42,087 bases of DNA, from positions 55,878,574-55,920,660 of the forward strand of contig NC_068989.1 of assembly GCF_001194135.2 (NCBI RefSeq), in the 5' to 3' direction. Below are positions 1 to 11,290 of the stretch, one piece after another. The notes under the pieces were generated by a model. That model was given only the letters and a program-made list of their open reading frames with translations, ran no database searches and was not told the DNA's origin. Source of the DNA: Octopus bimaculoides. Lineage: Eukaryota. Both the position numbers and the translations under genes were made by a program. The first letter of the stretch is position 1. Every line of letters begins with the position of its first letter.

Positions 1-200
1 TTTCGTGCAGGTGACACGTAAAAGCACCCACTACACTCTCTGAGTGGTTGGCGTTAGGAAGGGCATCCAGCTGTAGAAACTCTGCCAAATTAGATTGGAG
101 CCTGGTGTTGCCATCCGGTTTCACCAGTCCTCAGTCAAATCGTCCAACCCATGCTAGCATGGAAAGCGGACGGTAAACGATGATGATGATGATGATGATG
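1..200 (+). mobile_element. RTE-type LINE 3'UTR and (GAT)n tail, CpG-intact (young), 5' end outside window
   Basis: GTAAAAGCACCCACTACACTCTC...GGCATCCAGCTGTAGAAAC...CCCATGCTAGCATGGAAAGCGGACG then (GAT)7. The same tail recurs at 15955, 23783 and 29335; the 29335 copy lies next to an RTE ORF2 C-terminus. Confidence 0.75.
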
Positions 201-1169
201 GCACCCATACATATCTGTGTGTCTATGCACACGAACATGCATAAATATATGTTAGTTAAATGCCATGCATTTAAAGTTTTGAGATTTAATGTAAAATGTG
301 TGGCTCTTAATGATGTAAGGCTCTAGACAAATCTAAATGCTGAAACTATCCGGAATAAGCTAAACTTTAGCAGACCTCAATGAAAAGAGTCTAGAATAGA
401 CTTGGACAGCCTGTTTTGAGAAGTGGGCCACATGAGACATGACTAATCATCAGGCAAGCCACACTACTAAAAAACATTCAAGATAGTTTTTCATTAAGTG
501 TGCCATCCTGAAAGTCCCATGATTGGTCTAAATGAAGTATCCTTCATGTGGATTATCAACAGCCACTTAACACTGTAATATTAGTATCCATCACATAAAC
601 TGAATAATCCCATGGTTAGAATAAGTAAATTTTCTAATACCAGCCATTTATTTATAAACTGGTACCAATTTTCAGTATGATAATAAAATACTTTGTATTT
701 TTAAAGGTAATTTAAACTTGTGATCTTTCATACACAAACAATTTCAAACCTACAGCCAGCTAATCTAATTTTCAGCAAAGCAGTTTTTAAATGGTTATGT
801 CCTTTTCTAAATATTTTTATTCTGCCACTCATTATTTTGTTATAGACATCAATTTACTGGTAGAAAAATTATTGGAGCAATTATGAACACTGCCTGCAGC
901 TGTTGGCTTCAAATATTTAAACCAAATTTTTAGGATAACACAGATTACTTTTTAAATACACACTCAATGATTATCAGAAATATAAATTTAGCTCACAGTG
1001 CCGGGTTATCAAGGACAATTTACAAATAGAGTATCTGCTTGATCTTTCTGATAATATCAAATAATACCAGATGCATTGTACTCCATTAGTGGCTGAAAAT
1101 AACCCCAAAATTCATCACCTATTTTAGTATCTTTCAAATAGAAATGTAAAGGTTAAAGATCCACTTCTG

Positions 1170-1480
1170 CCATGAATTGAAACTAGGAAACATGGGATTG
1201 AAACTAGAAAGGCACAAGTCCAGGCAAAGTTGTTTATGGAAGACCAGCAGTCGCCCATGCATACTAGCCACCCCTCTCTCCATGCCACTGATGTTATCCA
1301 AGGGAAAGCAAAGGCCCGTGCAGTTTGGCACCAGTGACGTCGTAACTCATTTCTACAGCTGAGTGAACTGGAGCAACGTGAAATAAAGTGTATTGCACAA
1401 GAACACAACACACAACTGTGTCCAGGAATCAAATTCACTACCTCATGGTCGTGAGCCTGATGGTCTAACCACTGAGCCAT
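1170..1480 (-). mobile_element. tRNA-derived SINE, family C (CORE-like central domain)
   Basis: The minus strand begins ATGGCTCAGTGGTTAGACC (A-box) and continues TGAATTTGATTCC (B-box), then GTGTTCTTGTGCAATACACTTTATTTCACGTTGCTCCAGTTCACTCAGCTGTAGAAATGAG. Homologous copies at 18661 and 22001. Confidence 0.75.
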
Positions 1481-1695
1481 AGATATATAATTCAAATTAC
1501 TCTTGGTATCTGAATTGACAACACAAATCAAAATATTTTTTTTAATTCTTAAGTAATACATGTTTGGCAAGCGTTTTCAGCCAAGAATATGTGCTTGCAC
1601 TTCTGCAATCACATCATGGTAGAATGATAGAAACCATTAAAAACAGACACAGACTGTTATAATCTCATTAACATTATAATTATTTTGTATAATTA

Positions 1696-1914
1696 AAGGC
1701 AGTGAACTGGTAGAAAAGTTAGCACACCAGATAAAATGCTTAGTAGCATTTCTTTCAGCTCTTTACATTCTGAGTTCAAATTCTGCTGAGGCTGGTTTTT
1801 GCCTCTCACCCTTCCAGGGTCAATAGACTAAAGTACAGGTCAAGTACTAGGGTCAATGTAATTGACTTGCCACCTCACATCAAAATTGCTGGCCTTGTAC
1901 CAAAATTTGAAGCC
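1696..1914 (+). mobile_element. tRNA-derived SINE, family A
   Basis: Head AAGGCAGTGAACTGGTAGAA with B-box GAGTTCAAATTC. 12-bp TSD ATTATTTTGTAT at 1679-1690 and 1915-1926. Confidence 0.85.
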
Positions 1915-2049
1915 ATTATTTTGTATTATTATTTTGAATAATTAGGTAACATTATAACCAGGTCTTCATTGAGATACACCGAAGTATTAATGACCAGGTG
2001 TACAATGTAAGACTTTTATATATAATGATGCATATTACAGCAAAATAAT

Positions 2050-2261
2050 GATTTCAAATTTTGGCACAAGGCCAGCAATTTTAGGTGGGGGGGGTGATAA
2101 GTCAATTGTATCGACCCCAGTGTTGAGCTGGTACTTATTTTATCAACCTTGGAAGGATGAAAGGCAAAGTCAACCTCAGCAGAATCTGAACTCAGAACAT
2201 AAAGAGAGACAAAATACTGCTAAGCATTTTGCTCAGCATGGTTCTACCAGTTTGCCACTTT
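2050..2261 (-). mobile_element. tRNA-derived SINE, family A
   Basis: Reverse complement of the 1696 copy. 18-bp TSD with 2 mismatches (ATATTACAGCAAAATAAT 2032-2049 / ATATTATAACAAAATAAT 2262-2279). Confidence 0.85.
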
Positions 2262-2659
2262 ATATTATAACAAAATAATAACCAAGTAAAAAGGCAAGGA
2301 ATGTAGGTACAGGTATCTGTATTTTTAATGATAATCTACAGTGAAAAATGAACACAAAGGATGTTTAAATACTTTTCAGGTTTAGGCAGCATGAAATAGG
2401 AAAAACTTAACTATTTGCTATACTTTATGATTCTAAAAAGCAAACCAGAATAAAACTTATTTTTTTAATTATACCCATTACTAAAGAACCAATTTTTTAA
2501 ACTATATTTTCACTAGCTAAGATCTCTGTCAGCTGTTCAAACAGGCTCAAGTTTCACAGTACTATACTTCACTGACAAGGTCAAAATGAGACTGAAACAT
2601 GCCTGTAGCTGTGAGTACAACAAAAATAGCTAACAAAGATAAGCCAAGATTGAAAAGTT

Positions 2660-2896
2660 ATCATCATCATCATCATTTTGACATTTACTTTCCCTTGCTT
2701 GTCTGGTTTTGATATAATTTATTAAGGCAGAAATTACATGGCTGGATGCCCTTTCTGTCACCAACCCTCTCTTATTTCCAAGTAAGGTAATACTTCCTCA
2801 TAACCAGATATGTTTTCATAGAATACTGGAAATGGAGGACAAACTGGCATGAGAGTGACACTCATTTATAACTATCATGTGATACGAAGACACAGA
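2660..2896 (-). mobile_element. Degenerate short retroposon with RTE-like (GAT)n tail
   Basis: (TCA)5 followed by GGCTGGATGCCCTTTCTGTCACCAACC, which matches the RTE tail motif seen elsewhere in the window. Confidence 0.5.
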
Positions 2897-2906
2897 CACA
2901 CAGCAA

Positions 2907-2946
<40 letters not shown>

Positions 2947-3076
2947 CACACACACAAACTAACACTCACAGAGGCATGCACAAACAAATATATATACACA
3001 CACACTAAAACTCACAGAGGCATGCACAAACAAACAAACACACACACACACACATATCTATCTATCTATCTATCTA

Positions 3077-3121
<45 letters not shown>
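2897..3121. repeat. Compound microsatellite (CA)n/(TATC)n/(TA)n
   Basis: Directly visible; source of spurious ORF 3022..3366. Confidence 0.95.
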
Positions 3122-3122
<1 letters not shown>

Positions 3123-3297
3123 ACAGGCTTTTTTCAGTTTCTGTCTTCCAAGTAAACCCAGAAGTAAATTCAGAAACCTTTGGTTAGCCCAGGGCTGTAG
3201 TAGAAAACACTTGCCAAAGTGCCATGCAGTGGGACTGAACCCGGAACCATGTAGTTGGGAAGCAAACTTCTTAGCACACAGCCATGTCCAAGCCTAT
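3123..3297 (-). mobile_element. SINE family B, head (tRNA-like) portion
   Basis: Minus strand GGCTGTGTGCTAAGAAGTTTGCTTCCCAAC...GGTTCCGGGTTCAGTCCCACTGC; homologous to the full copies at 5115 and 11291. Confidence 0.8.
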
Positions 3298-3530
3298 ATT
3301 CTTAATTTCTTGAAATTAATTCCACTTTCCCTGAGAGTTTCTTTGAGAGTTTATGCTTACTTTTGACAACTGAAAGATAAATTTCAGAGAGTTTTTTTTT
3401 AATACATTATGCAATACATTACACTCAATCTGATTTACCTTAGTCATGAAGACCTTTGCTTTGAAATTTAAAATGCACCTAGTTAAAAAAAATAATAATT
3501 TAGAATGATCCATGTAAAAAATTAAAATAT

Positions 3531-3690
3531 TTGTGGAACCTATGGAAGAAGAGAGTCTGTGAGAGACTTGGGATGAAGTGGTAAAAACTGATCTCAAAAC
3601 ATTGCCTCTCACAAATAAGATAACAAAGGATCGTGACAAGTGACATGTGGTGTTGGAAAAGATTATACTAGCCATGCAAGCACAATGAAA
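3531..3690 (+). mobile_element. RTE LINE ORF2 C-terminal fragment, decayed
   Basis: Translates TWDEVVKTDLKTLPLTNKITKDRDK*, matching TWDEVVKHDLQTLGLTEAMTSD at 29881-30093. Confidence 0.7.
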
Positions 3691-4369
3691 CCTACATTAA
3701 ATTGGAGATGATGATGGGCCCCCTCATCCATGTTGTATCAACAAGGTACAGTCTGTTGCACCTCATGCTCATTTGACATCTTCTTGCCTCTTTATTGCTA
3801 ACCTCTCCTGTTCACTGCATCATGTTACCCATGTAAGGAATGAAAAACATTAGATCTGTGCATACTTAATCCCCAGTATTATCATTCCTATCTCTCTACT
3901 CTCTCGCTCCCATCATGAAGCCTGAGTAATGAGGGACTGCATCAGTATTGAGGTTACTGTTCAATATAGCATTGCCTTTACTCTCCTGTGTTGCTAGTCA
4001 CCCTTTTCTCTATGTCATGACACTCTTTTACTGACATCCTTCAATCTCTTGTCATCACCATCCCAACCATTCATCACTCACACACATACAAACACACACT
4101 CTCTCTCTCTCTCTCAGGATACCTTGTTATTATTGTCTCTCTTTGATTACTTCTCCTAGCACTGTCTCTCTAATTTTTCTTTCCCCTGTCAGACTATCAC
4201 CCCAACCAATTTGTTTCCCCATCATATTCTTCCTTATTTCTCTTTTTTTTTTTCTCCCTTTATTTCATTTTCTGCAATCACCCAATTCTACCCACTATGT
4301 TGGTCATATTCCTCCAAATGAATACAAACCATGTACATGTCTTTCAGGATAAAAAGTAACCTCTTTCAT

Positions 4370-4460
4370 GCTGGTGCAAAGATAAAAGGTACACCCAGTA
4401 CACTCTGTAAAGTGGTTGGCATTAGGAAAGGCATCCAGCTGTAGAAACCAAGCCAAAAGA
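4370..4460 (+). mobile_element. RTE 3'UTR fragment
   Basis: CACCCAGTACACTCTGTAAAGTGGTTGGCATTAGGAAAGGCATCCAGCTGTAGAAACC. Confidence 0.6.
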
Positions 4461-4600
4461 AGACCATCCAAGTGAAACAAAGTTCCTTGAATTTGTAACT
4501 TTCCCATAGTTCTAGGAGGGCAGTGATTTCAAATAAAACATGACTCAGACTATGACAACCAATCTAACCTATCCAAATAGAGAAAATGGGTGTAAAACAA

Positions 4601-4740
4601 TGTTGCTGTTGTTCTTGTTGCTGCTGCTGCTGCTGCTGTTGTTGTTGCTATTGTTGCTGTTGTTGTTGGTAGTGATGGTGGTGCTGGCAGTGGAAGTGGT
4701 GGTGACAGCAGCAATGGCAATGATGACGATGATAGCAGTA
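4601..4740. repeat. Compound trinucleotide microsatellite (GTT/GCT/GTG/ATG)
   Basis: Directly visible; gives poly-L/poly-T/poly-N ORFs. Confidence 0.95.
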
Positions 4741-5114
4741 TAAAAACTATACAATTTTGAGGTAGCTTCAACTAAAAGTTGAACAGAGCAGTAATATATT
4801 GAAGTAAACATAAATCAATTCCTTTTGATTTCAATATCTACAGATATGATGAACAAGGATGTTTTATTAAAATGCAATAAAACAGAAACAATGTCATTTT
4901 TATTTTGTTTTGTTTTAAACAGTCTGTTTTGTGAATACAAAAATATTTGTCTCATTGGGTATTTAATATTAAGCAAACTAACCATAATTCTATGATAGTG
5001 TGAAAGAATATCTTTAAATAGTTTATCTTATATAGATTTTAATCCTACTTGCAACAATGTGATTCTATCCAACAAGAAAAGATACTTTCTATGCCAAGCC
5101 TTAAAAAAATTTCC

Positions 5115-5520
5115 ACAGGTGTGGCTGTCTGGTAAGAAGCTTGTTTCCCAACCACATGATTCGCAGTTCAGTCCCACCGCATAGCACCTAGGGAAAGTGT
5201 TTTCTACTATTACCTCAGGCTGAACAAATTTTTCTGAATGGGTTTGGTAGACAGAAACTGAAAGAAGCCCATCATATATATGTATGTATATATATATCTA
5301 TGTGAGTGTGTCTTTGTGTATCTGTTCATCCCCATCACCACTTGACAATTGGTGTTGGTGTGATTATGTCCCCATAACTTAGTGGTTCAGTAAAAGAATT
5401 GATAGAATATGTACTAGGCTTTAAAAAAATCACTAAATCCAGAGGCTGATTTGTTCAATTAAAACCCTCCAAGGCTGTGCTCCAGCATGGCCATAGTCAA
5501 ATGACTGAAACAAGTAAAAA
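5115..5520 (+). mobile_element. SINE family B, full length with central microsatellite
   Basis: tRNA-like head GTGGCTGTCTGGTAAGAAGC...GCAGTTCAGTCCC, central (TA/TG)n, and tail CAGCATGGCCATAGTCAAATGACTGAAACAAGTAAAA. Confidence 0.85.
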
Positions 5521-6111
5521 CAAAAAAATCCATTGCCAAGATGTCATGACACAGAATGTCTAAAATAGCCCACTTTTTACAAAATTCACACAAATTAACT
5601 TAACCCTCTGATAACTGGAAAGTTACAAATTCTAAGAATTTAACTAAACTTCCCATAAGCATAATCTAAAGAAATAAGTCAACCACCAAAAATACTTATC
5701 AAGTTTAATAAACATTTTCATGTTATTATACCATGATGTAAGGGGAAAAAACTAAACATTTTTCCCTTTATTATCATAATGGATAACTTCCTTATGATAT
5801 ACAACTAGTAATAATATTATTGTAAGTTTATAAAAACTGAAATTATAATGGATGAGTGGATATCTGGCCTCTAAGTTAAAGTGTGAGTTTGCATCATATG
5901 ATAGGCAGTGTACAATGGCCTTGAGTAAGGCACTAGACCACTCCTGTACTGTTTAGTTGGCATCGGAGAGAGAAGAAAACAAAAAACAACTGACTGATTT
6001 GACTACAAATTGCCTTGTCATTGGATGATTTGCAATGGCAAGATGGAATAACCTCACACACGAATGAATCATTTTATTAAATAGTTTCTCTGTTGTCTGG
6101 GATAACATGTC

Positions 6112-6244
6112 TCACAGACACACACACACACATGCATCCACACACACACATGCACATACACACACAGACACATGCACACGCACACATGCGTATGCATGCA
6201 TGCACGCACACACACACACACACACAAACACAAACATACACATA
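6112..6244. repeat. (CA)n/(CATG)n microsatellite
   Basis: Directly visible. Confidence 0.95.
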
Positions 6245-6823
6245 TAATTTTGGTAGCAGTAAAAAAAATCATTATTTAACAAACTTTGAAGCACTGGGCT
6301 TTTCAGATTTCATGTGATGCCAAATATGACCAAAAGCTCTTGTATCTACAGACGCAAGTGAAATAACATACTTAATCAAGAGTATCACATTGTGTTCTAA
6401 CCAAAAGCTCTACTTTAAAAAAAAAAAACAGTTTACAAACTATAAATTTTGTATTAATCCTACTTTATAACAACTGAAGTGGTTATGCTATATAAAATTA
6501 CTATTCAGATACTTCCAGCATATGGAAAATGTAAGAGTATGCCAATCAGAAACACATTACAACTACATTTATATAGGATTCAACTTGCATAATAAATACA
6601 ATTTAAATAAAATAACACAAAAGATGATTCATAACGCTAATTAAATATGCATAACAATATTTAACAAGCTATAAAAATTGTTACACGATACACAGGGACA
6701 TAAATCTAAACAACTACAAGTTTAAATTACACTAAGTTTTAGCGACACAGGAATATAAAAACGCTTTTCAGAACACTAAGTGGTATAATATAACCATTTT
6801 TCCATTTCACTTACAGCTAACCT

Positions 6824-7140
6824 ATGTATGGGATCTATCCATCTCTCATCTCTTCGATTGCAGGCTTCCTGCTAAATCGCACAATTTCAATATGTGCAAA
6901 CAGTGCTCTCTCTGACTCACACACTATCAACTCTTGGACACTTCAAGGTTCAATTATGTTCCCATATTCTTCCTTTTGTACATTAACAACCTGCTTACTG
7001 ACACCTCTAACAACTCTCTTTTATAATATGCAGATGATATGCCTTTCCACTCTTTCCACATACCAAACCAGCATTGCTTCCATGAAATGAGATCTCAAAA
7101 AGATTCCCCAGTAAGAGCATGACTATCTAGTTCCTTTTCA
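6824..7140 (+). mobile_element. CR1/L2-group LINE reverse transcriptase core fragment (frameshifted, with stops)
   Basis: YGIYPSLISSIAGFLLNRTIS...INSWTLQGSIM (SGVPQGS-like), FLLYINNLL, YADD at 7027-7038, then DLKKIPQ*EHDYLVPF. Confidence 0.85.
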
Positions 7141-7552
7141 TCAGCATCATCACTTTATGTCCACTTTCCATGCTGGTATGGGTTAGAGAGTTACTTCCAA
7201 ATAAATACTGGTTCTCATATGTATCATCTTGACTATGTTACTACAGTTAAATACTCTTCCTATTACCAACTCCTTATTGGTTGTAGTTCTTCAAGACATG
7301 AACAATAAAGCACTCAGTAACTTAAGGCATATGGAAAAGGTGAGGACTAACATAGGAAATGATGACAGCAGAAAGGCTAGAAACAGATAGTTGAGAGAGA
7401 AGGGTAGGAGTACTATCCCTCCATGTATGTACGTATACTGCATGTGTGTGTGCATGTGTGCGTGTGCGTGTGTGTGCGTGTGCATGTGGCTGTGTGTGTA
7501 TGGATTGATGGTGTAATGTATGAAAGATAACAAAGACCAACTTTTAAACTCA

Positions 7553-7870
7553 AAGCAGAGTTGGGGAGATGGCGTAATTACCAAATGCATAGGTAAAATG
7601 ATGTACTGGGTAAAAAGCAGAAAAGGCATACAAAAGAGACACAAGAACCAACTGTAAAAGAGAATTATGGAAAGAGAACCAAAGACGTTGGGGGAACTGA
7701 TAGAATGGTTGTACCATACATTCCAAGTACCAATGCCACAGAAGGTGATTGAACCCAAGCATACAAGTGAGAGGAAAAAAAAAACATACAGAGTTCCTGA
7801 AAATAGATACCAAGCACAAAAAAATATTAAATTGTATGAAAAAAAAAACTCAAAAATGGAGGTGGGGTGA
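7553..7870 (+). mobile_element. Ty3/Gypsy pol C-terminal (post-integrase) fragment
   Basis: KQSWGDGVITKCIGKMMYWVKSRKGIQKRHKNQL*KR resembles the W-x-x-G-x-I/V-x-x-x-IG-x-VMY...RH-x-NQLR tail of K02A2.6-like Gypsy polyproteins. Confidence 0.65.
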
Positions 7871-7915
7871 ATAGAAAATTATTGCTAAATAAAATGACAC
7901 TTCCTAAGAAATCTT

Positions 7916-8086
7916 GAAGGGGGACATGTTGTATGGAATTAGTAATAATGGTACACCCTTCCTACTTGACGAGTGGAATAACCTAGTCACTATAAGTAAA
8001 GGGAGTAGGTGGTCAGAGATAGTCGTGTCTTATCTGGTTTTACTAAGTATACTGTATACCGAAGTGGGCGTTATGACAATCCAACA
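7916..8086 (+). mobile_element. Polypurine tract plus 160-bp 3' LTR of the same Gypsy
   Basis: GAAGGGGGACA (7916-7926) immediately precedes TGTTG (7927), and the LTR ends CAACA (8086): TG...CA with a 5-bp terminal inverted repeat. Confidence 0.6.
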
Positions 8087-8125
8087 TTTTAAGAATAATA
8101 ACACTCATAATTGCGATATTTTAAT

Positions 8126-8242
8126 GATGTGATCATTTATTTTTAGAATGACAATGTAGGGTAGGTGTGAGAAACCAGATCTGGCCTGTTTGAACATAAA
8201 ACATGCATAATATTGAGCCTGATATGGCTGTTAAAGGGTTAA
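8126..8242 (-). mobile_element. piggyBac-type MITE (family P1), one half
   Basis: Ends AAAGGG|TTAA; reverse complement of the left part of the copies at 14710 and 27023. Confidence 0.7.
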
Positions 8243-9530
8243 GAGAAATATCAATGACAGCAATCTCATTAGTCTCAGAGGACCTATGAAGGCCATACGG
8301 GTACTGCTTCTTCCTCCACCTTTAGCTAATAAAAAAAAAGAAGGTAAATTTGTAGATTCGGGAACTTACAATCTTCATTACTAAACACCAAGGAAAAAGT
8401 TTTATACCTACAATAATCTATTACCATACAGGATTGCTTACTTTGCTTTAAACAGCTTGTCATTGATTAAACAAAATATATCTTATGCACAGCACAGCAT
8501 AAATCAGAAGTGCTGAAATAAATTAAATATTAAGAAAGCTGTTTGCTGTGATTATTTCAGTCCTTCTGTATTGTGCATAAAGTATTTAATGTTTAATTAA
8601 TGGTGAACCCTTTAAAGTACAAATATGAAATTAAGCTATCCACTAAAGTAACAGCTTAACTCCTGGCTACTTCATATCACCGTAAATATTCTATGCTAGA
8701 ATTGGAGAAGGAAATCAGGTACTTCTCTTCTGAGGAATGGTGAACAACCTACGAAACACATTATCAGGGGACTCCATCACTGTTTTTTTCTGTGCATTAA
8801 AAGCATAGAAAGAATGTGTTTACATAATTATAATTTCTTGTAAAAGCAAAAGGCCCTCTAATATTTATATTGCTTTCAAGAATATTTCTCTTCATTCAAA
8901 TATTTTACCTCTCTTCCTGTTATATTCTACCCTGCTTCCAATTATATTTTTAGACAATGAAGAACTTGAATTGCACTCAAATAAGAAAACATGAGCATGT
9001 GTGTGCATTTATGTGTGCATGTGTGTGTGTGCATGCATGTGTGTGCGTGTGCACATGCACGCTCATGCACATTATTATTTACTTCAAATGCAGATTGTAT
9101 GGAGGTAGAATAATAAAATGTTTGTTGATTTCAGATCTTTCTATAGCAATATTAGCTCAATAATATTATTTTAATCACTTCAGCAAATGCAGGAGTCAAT
9201 TTATTAGATCTCTTCAGCAAAGCCATAGACTTCAGTGTATTTGCTATACATGAGTAGCTGTAAAAATTATCAAATTTAAAATTAAATCAATGAGAAAAAT
9301 TATACTGCATAATTATTTTTAATTGGCTTTGTAATGCTCACTACATTAAATATATTAACACTAACTTAGTTACTGTTACATTAACAGCCTGAGTAAACAT
9401 TGGCAGCTGAGTGAACCAAAAATTAAATGACACCAATCAAGAAGAAATTACAATCCCTTTGTTGTTGTTGGAGCAGATGCTCATACAGGTGAGTTATAAT
9501 TCCAAAATTATTTTAAAGTAAAGCTAAATA

Positions 9531-9562
<32 letters not shown>

Positions 9563-9600
9563 CATCATCATCATCATCACTATCCTCCTCCTCCTCCACT
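9531..9600. repeat. (TAC)n(ATC)n(CCT)n microsatellite
   Basis: Directly visible. Confidence 0.95.
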
Positions 9601-9744
9601 TTTCTATGCTTGCACGATATACTATTAAGGTTCAGAGAATAAAGGAGCCAATCCAACCAAATCTCATCTTAGGCGTCTTGGTTTGTTTATTGGGTTTGGA
9701 AGAAGTAGGTGTGCCTATGTCCTTTGCAGACCTTCTGAGACCTG

Positions 9745-10330
9745 TATGATTAATGCCGCGTTAACACTTCGCTTACACTATTACAAGTCAACATCTGCAG
9801 GAACAACAAACGAGGGAAAGAAGTTTCATAAGGCCAATGATCTGGGAAGGAAGGAAGGGTCTAGGTATAGTAGTTTGAGTGGGGGATGCAGGGTTGGACA
9901 CAAGAAAGTGATGAGTGGAAGAGAGACAGGTGAGCAAACAGCTGAAGTCCAGCTAGCTTTGAGAACCAAAGGCCACTACAGTAGCTGTAGAAAAAGCAGA
10001 GAGAAGGGGCAGCAATTTTGTAGGCTAGAGGCTACAATATGTCTGTAAGTAATTTCATGCTAAACCACATAAAGAAATAGGCTACTTGAATGATCGTTAT
10101 TATTCATGTGGTTCATTTCCGTATAAGGATGTCTGTGTGTGCAGCAGCAGCACCACCACCACCATCACCATTTCAGATTTGAAAGAAATATTCCATTGTG
10201 GGCCTCACCTGAGCTTTGTGGAGTGTCAATATTTGTTGGGTGCTGAAATATGTTTCAGCCCTGAAAAGAAGGGCCAGTTGTTGAGAAGTGGCCCTAACTG
10301 CATTAAAGATGTCAATTCACTCAGAGAGCT
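9745..10330 (-). mobile_element. CR1/L2-group LINE ORF2 C-terminal fragment, decayed
   Basis: Minus strand: ATSQQLALLFRAETYFSTQQILTLHKAQVRPTMEYFFQI*; AAPSLCFFYSYCSG; SFLPRSLAL*NFFPSFVVPADVDL**CKRSVN. These match the YKAQVRPxMEY, SLFYRY and LWNSLP motifs. Confidence 0.8.
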
Positions 10331-11290
10331 CTTTGTTGATAAGTCATTATGTGGGCTTTTGTTGCATGCTGCTCCTGTTTTAAAATGGTACATTTAAAAC
10401 TGGAATAAAATTACTGAAGTATTAATGTCTCCAAATGAAAAATTCTTTACTTGAACTGTAATTCCAGATACAATGACTTTATTGATTAGTTTAGTCCCTC
10501 CAACAAAAGAAGGATATGATTTGGATGTATCATTAATGAATTTCTAAACTTTAAAAGAAAGTGAAAACAACAATTAGGATTTTTTTATGAACTATGTTCA
10601 TCAAAACCATAGGACAACTATCAGAATGTTAAGTCATTTTTCATCCAGAGCACAATATGTAATCTTAGAAACTATAACTGCAAAAGGACATACATAGAAT
10701 CAAAGTACAAATCCCTTAAAATCTTCAGTGAATTAAGCTAGATGTCATTGATAGATCAATAATGTTAACAATCAAGAAAACTACAAGGCGATACTAAAAT
10801 CTTCATAATAATGAAGAGACTTAAATAGTGTCCTATAGCAACCAAATAAATGATAATTCATTGTAATTTAATCAGTTTAGATTTAAGATAATTATTTTAC
10901 ATTATATGAAGTGATATATAATAGTGCAGGATTGAATCAAAAGAAGTAGAAATTAATACGTTAACACCTTTTTTAAAAAATACAGTGAGGATTTGTTAGA
11001 AAAGAAAGTGAGTTGTACATATATTGAAAACAGTACAACCTCAGGGTTGTGATTCTACTATCACATGAAAAGTAGAAGTATTTATTCAACTTCAATAAAT
11101 TAGAATTTATTAACAATAAATTTGCGCACCATTTATATCAATTTATACATTAAAAACAATTTATGTAATATTTCTTTCAAGGAAGAAAAGAATTACAATT
11201 TAAACAACAATGAAATCTGTAAATAACATCCCAAAATATCAGAAAACACATGCAAAAATACAAGTGAGATCATTCTAAAAGTCTTACCAC

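Noticed and set aside
1466-1480. tRNA-like A/B boxes in SINE heads
   Set aside because: No complete cloverleaf; these are SINE promoters, not tRNA genes.
1124-1570. 148-aa ORF
   Set aside because: Read through a SINE C; no protein signature.
3720-4060. Moderately GC-rich, repeat-looking segment
   Set aside because: No second copy in the window and no assignable motif.
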